Shown here piece by piece: positions 11,234 to 24,198 of a stretch of DNA of 64,000 nt. A program made the translations under genes and the position numbers. Source of the stretch: Trichoplax adhaerens (taxonomy: Eukaryota; Animalia; Placozoa); NCBI RefSeq assembly GCF_000150275.1, contig NW_002060947.1, positions 3,402,980-3,466,979 on the forward strand, in the 5' to 3' direction. Each line of letters starts with the position of its first letter. Positions within the stretch are counted from its first letter, which is position 1. The notes under the pieces were generated by a model, which was not told the origin of the DNA, searched no databases, and worked only from the letters and a program-made list of their open reading frames with translations.

Positions 11234-14200
11234 TTATTCTATGGGCTCATAATCTGATCGTTGCTGTAAAAAAGAGAATACAATTGTAAGCTCATGTAAG
11301 ATATCCTTACAAGTTTCGGCTCTAAATATATGACCTAGCTATAGTAATTATTTTGATAGTTTTTATCCATCTAAAAAAATCTATTCAGGAGCTACTTTGT
11401 CATACTTGTCATACTTTACCGTTATACGAGTAACTGATACTTTGCGTAAATAGCATAGATTACCTACCACGTGCAGAATTCGGCCATGTCGCTTAATACG
11501 AAATAGAACCACCGCTGATACTAGGATAAGAATTCCACTAAATGCAGGCACCGCATACTCCAAAATATGAAAGATTAGAAATGGTATAGTAAGCTGCTGG
11601 TTATACAGATCGACGTGCTTCTTATCAATCTCAGCACTCTACAAGGACAAAATAGAGTCCATTTGCCGTTAAAATTGGACAGTAAAAGTTTTTTGCAATA
11701 ACGAATGCTAATGATGGTACATATTATGTTAGCTAAACGTTTATACTACCTCGTTCAGGTAAACAATCGGCATTACTACATATTTTACATTTTTCATTCC
11801 CCTAGTATTCAATAGTTATTTGGAAAGTCTGATGTTAGCAAATGCATTTATATGTCATAACTACATAACAACGTAAAACTCTTACTTAAGCGAATTATCA
11901 GGCGAGACGACAGCATTAATTTGTAACCGTTTCCGGGCATGCATGGTAAAGCCTGTAATCTGTTATCACACAAGAAATCACTTTGCTTAACTTAATAAAA
12001 TATGAATACGCTAACGGATAAGTGCTACGTTTTATAATGTCATTTGTAATCAAATAATTGACTAATTACCGGATCAATATCAATCCACGTCGCATGCTCT
12101 TCCAAGTTTGGATGTAGACCTGTTACATTATGTACTAATTGAGGATCGCCATAAAGGAAATGGGGTGATGAAATAGCTACAGGAGCCCCTACAACGTTTT
12201 GAAAATGCAAGCGATAAAATTCATGCACTACTAACACAGAAGATAATACGATATACTTTATCAGTAAACTTTCTATCTATTGAATTATATAATCACTGGA
12301 CTCCACTGATTGAAATAATGATACGCTGGAAGAGAACAATAAATATTTACCTTGTTTGCACGAGGATAAACTTAATAGTCCAGAAGCCAGGCACGGTTCA
12401 CAGAAACCGGCATTGTCTGGATTAGCTGAAGAATTCAAGAAAACTTTACCGGGAATAGTATAACGATACAAATTAATGCCTTTCAGTTTAACATCAGAGT
12501 GGTAAATAGAGTATAAGGATCTGAAAAAGAAAAATTGATCTTAAGTAGGTGACCAGTTGTGATATTATCCAACTAAGGATAAAAAAGTACCGTAATATGT
12601 ATTCTATAGTATAATCACTATAAGAGTAAACACGACAATATTATTAGACTCTAATTTAAGCCTTGTGTTTGCATCTGTGAATAAGTCATTCCTTTTGCAG
12701 CACAAATTGGAAGTCTGAAATGAAACTTGGTTATCAATTACTAATTGTGGGGTATCCTTTACCTGCATACATCGTTATTGAATAAATATAGCATTTCCTT
12801 CCGAGTCAAATGTGGATGAAATTGTACGGCATCTGAAAACGTAGTAATGCAATAGTGATACAGACGTTTCTTACAATTAGATATAATAAGAACGTATTCT
12901 TATGCACGTATATTGAACATCAATAATCTCGAATTATACTGATACTTTTCAATTTATAGTATAAAGTTATATCTATAAATTGCACTGCATCTACTTTCTG
13001 GTTAGGCTTGACATTTCCTTACCAGTTCCATTGATCATATTAGCATATTTGTCTTTCCACCAATGCAAATGACTGTGGAATGTTTTATTGATATATAACA
13101 AAGAATTAGCGACATAAGATTTTATATTAATCACTGTGCTACGTAACTATAGGAACTAACCTTTCCCCATTCCAACGCGCAATCTTTCCTAAATTTTTCG
13201 GATCATCTTTACCAGTGTAAACATCAAATATTCCAGCACTTGAGGCATTTTGTTGCAATCCAAACACTTTCGGAATTTTGACTGGGTTAGGCAACAGTGC
13301 ACTTATATCACGTAAAAAGTCAAAAATATCGTCATCATAGCCCCATATCATCTGTCTAACTGACCGCTTTATAAACAATCCCTCGTTATGCAGGTTTGAA
13401 ACGAAATTGAAAAAGAGTTTCTTAAGATTTTCTGATATATTATCTTTCCTCATAATTTCCAACGTTGTCTATTGTATGGTAAAACATTGTAATAATTAAC
13501 ATTTATCAGGGGCTCGTAAATTAATACCGCAGTTAATACTAAACACCTACTACAACTTACTAATAATGGTACGTTGATAGTTGTAAACGTAAAATTATCG
13601 CTATCAATTGATCGATCTGGTAGAAAAATAAAAATCTTCTTCTCATTGTAAGATGCAGTGCCATTGGTGTAGAAGACAACATCAGTTTTAATACGATGTT
13701 CCCTAGTCAACATGAATGATATCATTAGTAATAGCTTTTCGTATTCAAGTTCGATATATCCTTTCACTAGCAAACGGTGTCACCTTGTCAATAGGGTAAA
13801 TCAATATCGAGAAAAGTAGATATCAATACCGCAAAATAAAATACGCTATTGCTTCAAGATATGATTATCATTGGATGTATTTACAATTTCCGCAGAATTT
13901 TTGGGCAATCGTGTTTAACGAACGAAAGAAGTTGCTTTCAGTTAATAATTTTCTAGTTTTACTAAATGTATAATTATTACATATATGTATCTATGTATTG
14001 TCTGCAGTAACAGAAATCTTAAACTATAGTACATAAGATGACAATAATAGGAAGTCATTTTAACCGCGATTAATTATAATTTTAACGAAGCCACAATTCT
14101 ACAGTGTATGTACAATAAGGTCCAATTCTGATAATAGCCTAGGATTACAACCCACTTAAAGACTATATTCATGGTACCTATAAGTAAATGGACCAATTTG

Positions 14201-15017
14201 TTCAACAGCCGGTCGTTGACCTTGCTCAATTTCTAATGGATTCACAATATTGAAAATATAAAATTGCATATAAATTGGTCCGCCAGGATGCAGCCAATTA
14301 TTATAACCAGTGGTATTCGGTAATAATTCTACCCTCTAAATAAATCAATTATATACGTATAATGAATTAATACAATAAATTTTTAATTTATAGTACGGCA
14401 AAAGTGTGGAGCAGTCATGTTATTGGGTTTATAAATTTAAAGGATTGAATGTCGCTGCTTAAGATTAGATAAAATGAATGTTTATCAGCCTGATTCTAAA
14501 TAAGCAATGAAAATTTTACTCTTAATTAAGAGAAGCATCATCAAAAGTTATAGGCAATGGGGTGAAACATAATTACACGAGTATACTGCGTGCTAAGCAA
14601 TATCCTATAGTAAATTTATTTTGTACGACGGAACTAAGATGGCATAATTAATTTTTAGCTGATATTGGTTAGGTTATATCATAGAATTATACTGAGTTTT
14701 TACGATACTGTAGCAGCAAGATTCATAACTAGTTATCAACCAATACGATTTGGTAATGAAAATTCTTATTCCATTTTTAGAGTCAATTTAACAGCGTCTC
14801 ATCAATAATGTATCAAGCTAATCGAAATCTTAATTCACTATCAAAAGTAGTACGTATACGCCTATTCCATATCTAACTGATCAATATTTCTGATGACCTG
14901 ATCAACTACTCCGCTCAAGAACGTCGTTAGTAGCGGAATACCAACACCACATCCAATCGCTAGCAAAACACCCAAAACCAGCGTAGTGATGGCAACACAA
15001 CCGCAGGTACATGCCAT
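11234..15017 (-). CDS. CD36-family class B scavenger receptor (SCARB2/LIMP-2-like), about 12 exons
   Basis: N-terminal TM from ATG 15017 (MACTCGCVAITTLVLGVLLAIG), then YMQFYIFNIVNP, EQIGPFTYRE, TTINVP, MIWGYDD, NMINGTDA, CRSLY, NPDNAGFC, SSPHFLYGDP, ITGFTMHARKRLQIN, a C-terminal TM and a short last exon 11234-11263 (QRSDYEPIE*). The exon 1/2 junction is ambiguous. Exact orthology within the CD36 family is not resolved. Confidence 0.92.
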
Positions 15018-15849
15018 GATATTACCTCAGCAGATTCTTTTAAACAGCTCACAATATCACACCGTTGTGGGATTTTAATCTTGAAAAAGCAAAATATTAA
15101 CCATTTCAGTATTGGCGAACAAACTATTAGCAAAGCGGTAACTCGGATACAGCTAATGAAATGATAAGCGATTATCAACGTCATAAGAACTTATAGGGCT
15201 TTTCCCGACGAGTTGAAATGAATTCTTCATTTCATTTAATTAATCACAACATACAGTATTAATTCCAATTATCAAATTAAAGTGTCGAGTGGATCAACGT
15301 ACTATCACCGTACAGTATAGCTATCCTAACCTTAAGCAATACTTTATTTTACCGCAAAAGGTGTGAAAGTCGTTTTAAGCCAAGCAATGGAACATGTTAA
15401 ACTACATCAAATTCAAGTAAATTCATAATACTCTTTGGCATCAGTTTAAGATAATATTCAATAAATGTTACAATTACTATTCGCTATATGCCGTCACCAA
15501 CCAAAAAATTTAGCAAAAAACGTTAGGTATGTGTTAAATTTTCCACACACTACGGTCTACTTTACATTCTTGTAATTAACAATTTCAAAGCAGCGGAGTC
15601 TAATTTTACCTGTATTGCGCAGTGTTCTGTAGATAATGTTACTATTTATTAATGAAAAGTCAAATAAGAAGCTCCTATACAAGATTATTTCTCCATCTGA
15701 TTATATGTATACGTAACATATATATACTGTGTATTATAAGTATGTTGATAAGCCTCTGTTGCTGCGTTGTTTTCTTTTAGGACGTTCAAATTACTCCACT
15801 AGGCTTGCTTGTCTTATGATTAAGTTTAGTGTAGTTAAATCGATGATCA

Positions 15850-16060
15850 ACAGTACAGTACATTTACTACAGTAGTGTACACTGTACAGTACAGTACTGT
15901 ACTGTACTGTACAGGGTACCTATGTACTGTACACTGTACACTCAGTACAGTGTACAGTACGTTACATGACGTCACTCACGTTATGAGCTTGTGACTTAGT
16001 GTGCAATTGTGCATGCTGTGCACTGTACTGTACTGTAGGTCTGAAACATACTGTACTATA
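15850..16060. repeat. (GTAC-W)n island B1, upstream of the scavenger receptor gene
   Basis: Dense CAGTA/TACTG units with a perfect 24-bp palindrome at 15884-15907. Confidence 0.9.
15967..15974. promoter_or_regulatory. Full CRE palindrome in the scavenger receptor/septin divergent promoter
   Basis: TGACGTCA inside island B1; function untested. Confidence 0.35.
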
Positions 16061-16659
16061 GAGGTAAAGAACTTCTTACTGACCTCCATAGTCTGATACA
16101 CGATTGTCACCCCGTAAGTCATGGACAGACAGACTTTCCTATCAGATGGGGGCCGAAAATATCGAAAAATTAATTTGCAGATGTGCCTATATTTCTTAAT
16201 AATTTCTAAACTTTCTACCAACTCGAAAACATTTATGAAAGTACAATACTTGTTTAATTGTCCATAGACCATGAATGCAACAAATATGACATTACTGTAC
16301 AAATAACGTGTAGTGGGCGGTCATTACACCTGTCGATGGTTTTTAGTAGTCTTTGAAACGGGCATACACTTACTAGAAATGACTAATACAGTACGGTGCA
16401 GTGTGCAAATCCGTGTTATTATACTGTATCCACTAATGAATCTACTGTTACACAAACTTGCCATTACATTGCGTTCTAAGTGTAAACAGCGCACGTATAT
16501 AAGCCGCCGTTTTTCAATACAATCAAGAGAGAGTAGGAGCTAGTAGTTTGTTTTAGAATAACTTTAACTACGTATTCAATTTCTTGTCTCCATGCTAATG
16601 GAGATTAGTAAGAACTTTCAATACGGTTGTTAGTATGAACTCTATAGTAGGCAGTAATA

Positions 16660-16895
16660 TGGTACAAGTACGGTGAGGTACTGTACTGTACAGTACAGTG
16701 TACTGTACAGTACACTCCATAGCGTATAATACACTGTAGTACTGTACAATGTACAGTACAGTACTGGACATTAACTGTTGGAAATAGTCGTTGGTTAGTT
16801 GGCGCAAAACTGACTGAGTGGTTGTGGTTAAACTAAAAGCTTGCTTACAGGTGTTCGCGTTACCAAAGTACAGTAGACTGAGCACAGTACTGTGG
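16660..16895. repeat. (GTAC-W)n island B2, upstream of the septin gene
   Basis: Dense units with a 20-bp palindrome ACTGTACTGTACAGTACAGT at 16680-16699; ends about 110 bp before the septin ATG. Confidence 0.88.
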
Positions 16896-17005
16896 TTACA
16901 TCCGCGGGCCAGCTTAGTCTTACGCTGATCAAAAGATCAAAGACGTTGGCAAGCATTTGATCGATATTTTGGGAGCTCACAAGTTTACTGCTTCGAAAAT
17001 TACAA

Positions 17006-20000
17006 ATGTCTTCTGAAGTTAAACGAGTTTTGGTATGTTATGATTCCCGATGTAGGATATGGAATAATCTAGAATCCACTTCAATTGAATTTATTATTGT
17101 CAGACTTCCAATAAGTCAACTGTATCATGAGTGATACAGTTGAAATGAGTTCGACAAGTGATTAACTTTAGATTGCCATGACTAAAATTGATGCTGTCAA
17201 ACTCCTACTAGCAAATTCAATATAGCGACTCGTAGATACGTATGTAGCCATTTCATCATACTACTGCAATCACGCAATAATGAAATGTAGCCTGCAAAGT
17301 ATTTTACTGTGTACGTAGCGATTAGTGCAACGTACTTCTATAACAAATATGCCGTGTTGAAAGATGATAACTGAACACTGTATTGTACTGCTAGAGAATG
17401 TTACGACTAAGATGGTCAACAATAGTACTGAATGTAGTAATAGCCATTACTTTCGAAGACCTATAAATTACTTTTCATTTTGGATTGTCATTGGATAGAG
17501 ATTTTTCACTCCTTTTGATAATGCTTACAGCGAATTCGAATGGATTATTCTTTACATGTTACAGTATTGCTAATAAACAGTCGACGATTTTTACGGCATA
17601 AATCTTTATGCTTTGCAATCCGTACTAATTCTACAGTAGATAAAATAATAGATGGCTGCAGTACTCCAGAAGAACTTGTTCTATTGCTTATTGTGCGCTT
17701 AAAGTACCAATCATATTTAATTATTCTATCAGTCTCTCATTACTAATCCTTTCCTTAGTATCACAAAGTAGTATCTGTTACATCATCGTAATGAATCCAT
17801 GAAATAAGAACTAGATTACTGTTCTGGGCTATGTAACTTTTTCTACAAAATTGTAATTTGCTGGTCTTTTTCTAACATTTTTGCTGTTGTAATGCTGAAA
17901 TACGCAGTGTAGGTGCTTGTGATTGCGTCAATAATTTGCTGGTATAGTACAGTATATAACTCGTACATTCTGAATTTAGTTAACTGCCCAACTTTAAGTC
18001 AAGCAATGATAAAAGCACTCCTTGCTCTCTAATCTGTATTGATGTTATCGATTTTCTATGTCCTAATGACTTTTAGAGTACCGACTTAGACAGTGAGTGT
18101 ATACTCGAGACCCTGTGCAAAAAGATTTTTGTATAGGATCTCTAGTGTACACTGTCTAAAATATATTGCTACTGACATCATACAGTACAGTAGGTTATGT
18201 CAAGCTTGTCATACTGATAGCGTACACCATGTTGTGTAGTAAAGCGTCTAGACTTACGCCCTCTTTAGTACCACATACGGCAGCAAACGAACTGAAGTTA
18301 ATTAAATTAATAAGAGACCATGCAACATGTCGATACACTGTACGTCGCTGATAGCTCAGTGTCGCTCTTGGACTATTAATACCGACTGCTTTTTATTAGT
18401 TTAAATTCTCGATCAGTTACCTGCTTATATATTATTTAACTCCACAGTGATAGCAGTGCATTAAGAAGGATAATTATAATTGATTTAGTCAACTTTGGCC
18501 TGTATAAATTACGAATCCTAAGAATACTTATCAACTTTAAATATGTATATATCACCGCTCATTGTAGGGTCCAGATCGTCCGCTAAAACCTTCTGGTACT
18601 GTTGGATTTTCTAGCCTTCCAGACCAACTTGTCAACAGATGTACTGAAAATGGTTTCGATTTCAATGTTTTATGTATTGGTAAACAGATAAATTTACAAT
18701 ATTATAAACTATTCTATGAGTATAAATTCGATTACTGTTTATGAACTTATCTAAATTGTACCTGCTTACGATAAAGATATATCACATCACTTTATCCAAA
18801 AATTCACATAGGCGAGACCGGATGTGGAAAGTCAACGTTAATGGATTCCCTTTTCAAGACTGAATTCGAAGGTACTACCAACGTCATACGATATGTTTTA
18901 TTTGATGCGCTGAGGCACATACCTTGTTCATATTAAATTTCGGTGTTGCCGTACGATAAGATATTTTGTAAATTTACAAAAAGTACAACTTTATACGTAT
19001 TACAACCAAAATTGATTTAAACCCTTTATGACTTCAGACATTAAATCTAAAAGGCATTCTAGCACTTCTAAAGTTGGCCTTGACTGCTCCACATATGGTA
19101 AGTATATATATGATGTAACTGTATACGTTTAAGGAAACTGTTCCGACTCAGAAGCTTGCAAATGTGTTCATAAATAAAATTGTTTATTATTAATGTTAGT
19201 GCTAAAAGAAAGTCAAATTTCACTACGTTTGACACTTGTTCATACTGAATCTTTCGGGGATCAAATTAACAAAGGAGAAAGGTAACAACACAATAGAATT
19301 CAATTGTGGTAATTGATTAGTAATAATAGCTACACTTTATGTGTCTTTCTTTGGCTTCTGGTTCCTACCTGATAGCTAATTTCTTAAGCTTTCGATAAAC
19401 TCTTACAAAAATAAAGTGTTAATCAAGTTCAAAATGTGCCGTTACAATAGCTGTGAACAGATATCTAAATATGTTGATGATCAATTTGAGCGCTATCTCC
19501 AAGCTGAAATGGCATCTGGAATCCGTAATTTGCATGGTCTACACGATACTCGTATTCATGCATGCTTATACTTTGTTTCTCCTACTGGTCACTCGTGAGT
19601 TGTATCTTTGTTGCTATTTTTTTCGCTATGTGTACGTTTACAAATGAAAAGTTTATAATATTCTATTGATTCGGCACAGAATTAAGGCACTTGACCTGAA
19701 ATGTATGGAAGCATTGCATCGAAAGGTTTGCTATTCTTATTGACAAGTAGCTAGCACTCTTTATATGTAGTTTATTGATACCTGTAATTAGCTATTGTTA
19801 TAAAGTGCTATTAGGAAAATTTTCGAAATTCTATGTCGTTTTTTTTCTTTAGGTTAATATCATACCACTTATTGCTAAAGCTGACACGATTAGTATTGAT
19901 GAACTGCAAGGGTTTAAGAGTAGGGTAAGAAGTTGAATAAGATATATTTGTGCTCAGCAAATTGCTCGATTGTATAAGCTTATCCTCGAATAGGTATCCT

Positions 20001-21202
20001 AATTTGTGATGCAAGTAACTTAAATCTATATATCACTGGACGATATTTTTAACAGATCATGGGAGAAATAAATGCTAATAATATCGAAATATATCACTTC
20101 CCGGCGGATGATAAAGTCGTCAGTGCCGTTAATAAGGCAAACAATGTACGCACTATTATATTACGCCATAAATATATGAATATATAACACTAATATCATG
20201 TATTCATTCTCTCCTTGCAAGATTCTCAGACTGTAATAAATTTGTACTTTCCCCATTAGGAACGGTTACCATTTGCTATTGTTGGCAGTCGAGAAAAAGT
20301 CAAGGTTGGCAATGAGCATGTTCGTGCCAGACAATATCCGTGGGGAGTAGTACAAGGTACAATAGAGCTATAAGTTGTCATTGAAGTTGAACCTTTATAT
20401 AAACATTTATTACTTCATACAGTGGAAAATGAAAATCATTGTGACTTCACTAGACTGCGAGATATGCTAATTAGGTAACAAAGCTTCTCAATCTATTTTC
20501 TAATGCTACGTCTACTGTACTTTTACTTTCTTACCTATTTAATCAAATTTGATATAGATAGTTAATTCAATATTGATAAACTTCTGTGTTGGTTAAAATG
20601 ATAGGACAAACATGGACGATCTGCGCGAGAAAACACATCATTATTGTTACGAAATGTATCGACGTAGACGTCTTCAAGAGATGGGATACATTGACGTAAG
20701 CAAGTAAGTCTAGCAACGTGTGTTTTTTTATTTCAAAGCCGCTATAAGGATATTTTTCTTGGTTAAATAAAACCGTATACTCGAAGTCGGATTTTGCTAC
20801 TGCTTTATTAAAATAAACCTTGCTTGATTCAGTTTAAGTGACATGAAAGCTAGCTATGAGAAAGAACGAGCTGCTATGATTGAGACCTTTAGACGGAAAG
20901 AGGAAGAGATTCGAGATCATTATATGCAGTTGGTTAAAGAAAAAGATGAAGAACTAAAAAGAAAGGAACAAGATCTTTTAAAAGGTTTCGAAAAGACGAA
21001 GAAGGAGCGTTCTGAAGAGAAAAAGATATTAGACAAACAACGGAAAACCTTAGTAAGAACAGTATTTGTTTGTTATTATAACTGTTTAACTTACCACTGT
21101 AGTAAGCTCAAACAATTGCTTATCTTCTAGGATGAAGAGATTACTGCTTTTAGTAGGAAGCGTCAAGAATGGGAAGCCCAACACGCAGATAGACTAAAGT
21201 AG
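17006..21202 (+). CDS. Septin, SEPT6/8/10/11/14 group (about 14 exons)
   Basis: Short exon 1 (17006-17032, MSSEVKRVL), then [12 protein letters not shown]...[24 protein letters not shown] (G1), [17 protein letters not shown] (G4), [25 protein letters not shown] (septin unique element) and a C-terminal coiled coil ending DRLK*. Exon 1 is less certain than the rest. Confidence 0.93.
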
Positions 21203-23950
21203 TAGCAATTAAACTTCTCTATATTAAAATCTGGGAAAACCTAACACAAACTTTCTCAAGTAAAGTTATACTGAAAGAACTCAGGTATATGCCGAAATTC
21301 AGGATGTTTTTACGATAGGTTATAAAATGGAAAATGTTACTGTAGACAACTTAAGAAACAAGTAAAAAACTATCAAAGAATTTGGTAATAGGAATAGTGG
21401 TGTCGTTTATAACTTATTCTGTTTGCACAATGTATTGTTGCGACATCATTCCATAAATCGAAATGTTACAAAATTTCTAGAACTGATGAAATTAAAGTGA
21501 AGTGTCCTTGATATGTACCTGTATTTTTGTAGCCGAATATACTACCTACGTATACTGAAAGCAGGAAAATATAAACTACTATAGGAAGTTACAACGCTTT
21601 AACATTAAATTTCAGCTATATAGTAGGTAAAGCTTAGAAAAGTTTATTGCATTGCTCACCACTCACCATGGTCTTGACTACATCGAATGATCTTGAGTTT
21701 TCTGATAAAAGATACTGCTCTCATGAGTGTTGGACCAGCTTGTGACTGCTGTCTACTTATTCTATTTACACAACCTATAACATATATAAGAGCATTAATT
21801 GCATGTTCTTTTTCATACAATTATAATAAACTGAAGAAAACTGTCCTCAGCGAACGGTTTGCCTGTTACCACTGTACGGGTTTGCATGAGATTATCAGGA
21901 ACTGTTCGAGAAAGAAAATCACCCCCTCCATTTTAAGATGTGTCTTTGTACGTTATTTCTAGCCTATCTGCTTTGCGAGTTAATGACGGTTGTTTAGTCA
22001 CTTTACAAAATGACTGATTTAGTGAATTTCTGTTAACTTACTCATATAGTACTATTGCCACTCTGCATGATATTGTAGACTACATATGTACCAGGAACTA
22101 TCGATGTCGAAGTCTGATCATTTATTGCGCAATCATGATTTCCGAAAGAAACAATTAATTCATAGCTGAAATAGCTAACTATCAGCAAACAGAAATAGGA
22201 GTATCCCTAGAGATATTATGTAGTAAATTAAGCGCATACAGGTACTTGATAGTGTACCCTTTAAGAAATAGGGTTTATGGATTTCAGCTACATAAGGAGC
22301 AAAATCGCATACTGTACGCTCGTCTGATGTTAAGTAACTAAAATAATTTCTGAAATTGAATAATTTTAGATTCTTATTTAGGACATTCACTTCGAAGCCT
22401 TGTAAAGCTGCGTAAAAGTTCCTACTAATGATGACGATATTCGCTACGAATTATGTATTCCATATAAAATGTTTAATGATGCCCTACACAACGTTAATGA
22501 TTACATGTAATAGATTTCTATTGATGTGACCCCCTAAAAATATGGAAACTCGTACATGAAGGCTTTCCATCAGGAGTCTTGCGTATACAAAAAAAATCAT
22601 GCTTGTACACAAAGGTAACTAAAATAATTAATAAACCATCAAAATATTTGCTGTTAAGTAGATCATTATCCGAAACGAAAGTATACGAGTATTTAGCGAT
22701 ATATTGAAGTTTAAAGGCAGCATTGTTTACGTATAAATTATAAATTATAATTTTTGGGCAGATGATATTGAAATATGAATAATTTTATTTAGATTTTGAT
22801 TAAACATTTAAAGGCGGCACTGTTTACGCACAGAAAATGACTTTCCAACAAACGATATGCGTATCACTGTTTCTAAATCATGAAATGTTTTTGAACTAAA
22901 AAATTTATGTTGAACTTCCTTTAATAATTGAATTACTCTATCAAAATAGGATTAATATTATTAATAATATGAGCACGATCCAAGCAGCTAGCGCCGCAGT
23001 TTAGGATTTGCTGCATAAGTCTTACAAACTTTATTCCATAACTTCTTTATTGCGTTATTACAGATAGAATTTCATGTTACTGTTAAGGCTTGACAACTAA
23101 TCTAATAAGTAAACGTAACACGTTCCAGGTAAAATTTGGCGAAATTTTTCAATGCTATTTCTTGGATTCTTGTAAACATATATCAGTACAAAATTAAAAG
23201 CATAGAGGTATCTTCGAAGTTACTATCAGTTTAAGAGGAAGGAATGAATAAGTATACTTCATATATAGCATTAAATCATACTTATAAAACACATGTAACA
23301 CAGGTATTCTAGTTTCATTTATAGAAGCGATAGATCATCATTTTAGAAAGCTAATATCAAAACATCAATTAAAAGATGCGTTTGCAACCAACACAACCAA
23401 TTTGTCACAATTTATGCTCAAAATATATTAGGTGCAATTTAATGAATCAGTAACACTTTTATCAAATATTTACTTGTAGCAATAGGATAATTATTGTCAT
23501 TAACTAAATCATAACATATTCTATACATACCAAGACCAACATCAATGGTGATAAATTTTATTTGCATATCGATAGCAATTTATTTATTGCTCAGTGTGCA
23601 GTTATACATTCCTGTAAAATAATTATATAACAGTATGTTATCACGAAAACAAACGTGAACAAAGTAAGAATTTATAAAATGGCACTTTCAACGAAACTAG
23701 ATAAATTTGAAACAATACTTACGTTACTATTGTTGCTCTAGACTTGGAAAGATATAACTAAAGAAATGTTGATAGGTAACTATTAAAATCAATATAGGAT
23801 TGTTGAATATATTTCAATAAATCAATTATTTCATACTTATGACTATGATGTAACAATAGTAACAACAACAGCAACTGATAATTAAATTTAAAGTAAGTAT
23901 TTGAATCTCTTGTCGATATGTTAAATTAATTATATATGGATTGAACTACA

Positions 23951-23965
23951 GTTGCCATGAGTAAC
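23951..23965. promoter_or_regulatory. Candidate RFX X-box upstream of GPCR1
   Basis: GTTGCC-ATG-AGTAAC, a consensus match with a 3-nt spacer, about 235 bp before the ATG. Confidence 0.4.
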
Positions 23966-24198
23966 TGATTTAATTCATAATTAAGATTTGGCTGATGTTA
24001 TGATAATATCCTGTTACGTATTTTATACGTTAGGGGATTATGTGACAGAAAGAAAAATAGTTCTAGATAATGGTAAATTGATAAGTTGAAGATTCATCGG
24101 AAGAAATCATTGTAGAACTGCTTCAAGCACAATAATGTTATAATAAGACATATTAGCAGTTGCTAGAAAAATCTTTGGATATCTATTTAGATGTAGCG

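Noticed and set aside
11422-11439. Alternative scavenger receptor tail YQLLV*
   Set aside because: Would need an intron of about 28 nt, far below the others in the window (65 nt or more).
18077-18092. Possible septin micro-exon bounded by AG and GTGAGT
   Set aside because: 16 nt long; it would break the frame between two phase-0 junctions.
24160-24198. ORF-track N-terminal extension of GPCR1
   Set aside because: Starts at TTG; in a eukaryote the ATG at 24199 is the plausible start.
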